Shown: positions 60,452 to 64,000 of the stretch, piece by piece
Layout of the letters: each line of letters opens with the position of its first letter
Numbering within the stretch: the stretch's first letter is position 1
From: Eledone cirrhosa
Taxonomy: Eukaryota
Length of the DNA: 64,000 bases
Assembly (NCBI GenBank): GCA_964016885.1
Contig: CAXHJY010001509.1
Location: 24,001 to 88,000, forward strand
Reading direction: 5' to 3'
Notes under the pieces: generated by a model
Seen by the model: the letters and a program-made list of their open reading frames with translations, nothing else
Database searches by the model: none
Told to the model about the DNA's origin: nothing
Program-made: the position numbers and the translations under genes

Positions 60452-60454
<3 letters not shown>
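60331..60454. mobile_element. Family B fold-back element abutting (TA)n
   Basis: Perfect 35-bp arms 60375-60409 and 60420-60454; homologous to 13627-13700. Confidence 0.8.
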
Positions 60455-60495
<41 letters not shown>

Positions 60496-63119
60496 TACAT
60501 GTATACATATGTATATATGTGTGCGTGTGTGTGTGTGTGTATATATATATATCTTGTCTTCAACTCAACACGTAATGTTCTAAATACATTACAATAGCAA
60601 AAGTCATAATGGAATCTAAATGACTAATGGGTGATAAGAATTATCAATTCAATGACCACAAGACAAGAACACTAAATAAATTAGAACAATTTAATGTGTT
60701 AACATCAAATTTTTCCCAGGAGCTTTTGAAAATTTCAAGATGACTCCAAGTTTAAATTACTACCAAAAATGTTTGTTGTACTATTATTAAAATGGAAAGC
60801 AATCTACCAAGTGTGATATATTTACGTCAATTAAGTACAGAATTGGTTTCCCTAGGTAATTAGGAAATCAGTATAAATAACCACCATAACTTACCTTGAA
60901 GCAACAAATAACTCTTGTGAAGATGGATATATATAATGTATATATATATAGTAAGAAATAGAATATAAAATTTAGTTATGTCTAAAGTGTAACAGATTTA
61001 TAACATTTGAATATTGTTTATTGTAACTGTTGTAAATATCACAGTTTTGAGATCAATAATCTATATATACTTAGAAAATGGAGAACATCTCGGACACAGC
61101 TTAGAAAATTGAGTAAAATTATATATCTATATTTAATATTCATATATATATTTGAAATGTACACATTTCAAATTTTACTTAGGTCAATTTTTCTTATGTC
61201 AACTAAATATTCACACACACAGATGTATATACCTGCCCATGCTAGCATGGAAGATAGACGTTAAACTGTGATGATGATGATGTGTGTGTGTGTTTGTTCA
61301 CACACACATAGAGAGAGAGAGAGAGAGAATTGGGGGCAGTGTGATGTTGCAATATCTATGTGTTTGAGCATACATATATATATATATATATATGTACACA
61401 CTCTTCATCTAATAACAGTTTAATTCATTTGTCTGTCTAACCTATGAATATACGATGAGGTGGATCTGCTAATGTCAAGATAGAAAAATCATAATGGTTT
61501 CCATACATGTTGAACAGAAAAATCTCCATACCATAATGGCAGCATTTATTACAATTATAGGAAAGATTAATAATGCATTATAGTGCATTATTGTGCATTC
61601 ATTTGTTGATAGTGTAGTTTATTTTCTGCATACATTAATACAGTCTTGTCACTTTATTATGGCTATGGGCCTGTGATTTCATTTTAATGAGAGAATGTAC
61701 TATTGGCAGAGAAGAAGCAAAGAGATATAACAGCATGAATGACATAAGGGTAGGGTTACTGCTTCTGTTGTTGTGATGATCATGATGGCTGGTGGGTGAT
61801 TATTGTCATAATTTGAAAAGGAAGCAAAAAAAGAAGAAGAAGAAGGGGAGAAGGAGGAAGCAAACTGACAGACACACAGATAGAAGAGAAATAAATCGAG
61901 GATGAGATGAGTCTTAACAGGTTTAAGGAATCAACAAATAAACTTTCCCTTTCCTAGTTCATACAATATCAATTCCTTTCATTTTCAGCCCCAACTCCCA
62001 CCACACCATATCAATTGTCCATTTTCTAGATATCTCAAGAAGGACCAGACAGATAGATCAACATCCATTTCAATCATATGTTAGCTCATCTGTAAGACCC
62101 AAATATTCACAAATCTCACCTCAACATTTTCTCCCATGTCTTTGAAACATAGTTACTGCAAACACTTATTTCCTGCTATTTATTGATATCAATTATTATT
62201 AGAAATGTTGCCACCTCTCGAGCACATTACACCAAATGCTATTAATCTTTCTGATACCAATATTTCTTATACTGGCACTGGTTCTACAATACAAACCTAT
62301 TTTAGAAAATGTATTTATATTCATCTAAAAACACTCCACCATAATTTTATGTATGACACTTGCTTTTGTTGTGTTCTAAACACCACCTTAATAATAGGAA
62401 AGTCAGTTATTTGACTAAATCTCTTTAAATTCTTGATTAGTTTCAATTTTTTTAAAAATCACAGGCAGTGCCTTTCATTGGAAATATAGCAAAAGGATTA
62501 AATATCCAGCCACTGGTACCATGAAGCACAGTACAACCTGCTTCATGGTCAAATGGTCATTGACTAAACAAGCTCCCCCTCCAGACTCTGGACTGGTAAG
62601 GAGAGTAAGTGGAACCCCAGCAGCATAAAAAACAAGGGTGGTAAAATAAGAGTGGATGATCTCCTCAGAGTCAATGGCCATCCACTCCAACTATGGGTGA
62701 AATAGCCTCACTAACCCACATTTGGCAAAGCCTGGTGAATACTGGTACACCCTTGACATATCCAAAACCAAACAGAAAGTGGCAGATGTCACCCAGGGAA
62801 GGGCAACCCAAACAAGAGTAAGAAGGGCCTAGATTAGATTGGATTGGATCAGTTCAACCGTGACACAGTTATACATGTAAGCTAATATTACACAACCAAT
62901 GGTTTACACTCTAATGATATCATTGAAAAAACATTTAAAGTTAAGGAACATCATTTATAAACTAAATGTTTTTAAGTATTTCTGGTTAGAAGTCTATCTT
63001 AGATTGATATAGAAATTTAATTAAATCTTGAAGGCAATACATTTAATTAAAACTTTGGCTCTTCATTTTGTGTATTTATACTGCAATTGTCGCCAATAGG
63101 AATGCAATTTTAACTTAAT

Positions 63120-63253
63120 ATATGCATTTGCGTATGTGTGTGCATGTATGTGTCTATGCATATATATATGTGTATGTATACAAGCATATATATATATATG
63201 CATACATATATATGCATACATATACATATATATATATATGTGCATACACATAC

Positions 63254-63285
<32 letters not shown>

Positions 63286-63342
63286 GCATACATATATATA
63301 TGCATACACATGTGTATATATATATATGTGTATATATATATG

Positions 63343-63375
<33 letters not shown>

Positions 63376-63618
63376 GCATATATATATGCATACATATATA
63401 TATATGCATACACATACATGTATATATATACATATAAATGCAAACATATACATGTATATATACATGTATATATATATATATATATATATGCATACATATG
63501 TATATATATATATATATATATATATGCATATATATATATATATATCTGCATATATATATATATATGCATATATATATATATATATGCATATATATATATA
63601 TATGCATATATATATATA

Positions 63619-63661
<43 letters not shown>

Positions 63662-63705
63662 GTATGTGCATTTATATATATATATATACATTTATATATG
63701 TGTGT
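63120..63705. repeat. Compound (TA)n with TGCA/CATG interruptions
   Basis: Direct reading; source of seven spurious ORFs. Confidence 0.95.
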
Positions 63706-64000
63706 CTGTTCCATACTAAAATAACATTGGCTTTAGCGAGTGTTGGATTAATAATCGAAAACATAAAAAAAAAAGACACGCAAATTTGCATGAAGTATTT
63801 TGCACTTAAAATGCAATGCTGAGAACAACATTCATTTGATTAACGTTAACATGTTATTAATTTACATGTCTCACTGCATAATGCAACTTGCAGCATTGGT
63901 TAGGAGCACAAATTGATTTGCACTCAGATGAATGATAATTGAAACATGGTGTGGTGTGAAATAATTTCAATTGTTAACATGTAGTTTTAACTTCATGAGA

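Noticed and set aside
62475-62820. Possible LINE endonuclease fragment
   Set aside because: GC-richer and LINE-like in feel, but no motif could be confidently read.
63063-63822. Tyr/Ile-rich ORFs (also at 24117-25012, 23150-23439 and elsewhere)
   Set aside because: (TA)n/(TG)n microsatellite translations.

Overview
AT-rich, repeat-dominated animal genomic DNA. The SINE/LINE repertoire and dense (TA)n microsatellites suggest an octopod cephalopod (inference, not verified). No intact host protein-coding gene can be supported. Nearly all ORFs in the track come from microsatellites or transposon remnants. Main contents: a 5'-truncated, once-frameshifted Penelope-like element (RT + GIY-YIG, Naiad-type Cys linker) at 7.9-9.3 kb; several RTE LINE 3' ends and tRNA-derived SINEs sharing their tail; four decayed CRE-like (restriction-like endonuclease) retrotransposon ends; a CR1 end whose last 61 bp is amplified ~12x; Helitron, hAT and Tc1/mariner MITEs; a 1.5-kb (GAGT)n; and an ~8.3-kb satellite with a fixed 44-nt core and variable (GGT)n. 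The most striking pattern is a set of short, ORF-less elements beside (TA)n tracts. They carry minimal type I hammerhead ribozymes (three with intact cores and foldable stems) and/or near-perfect fold-back hairpins, and resemble Penelope pLTR / retrozyme-like units. A CpG-retaining island at ~31-39 kb contains promoter motifs and candidate spliced 5' exons on the minus strand.
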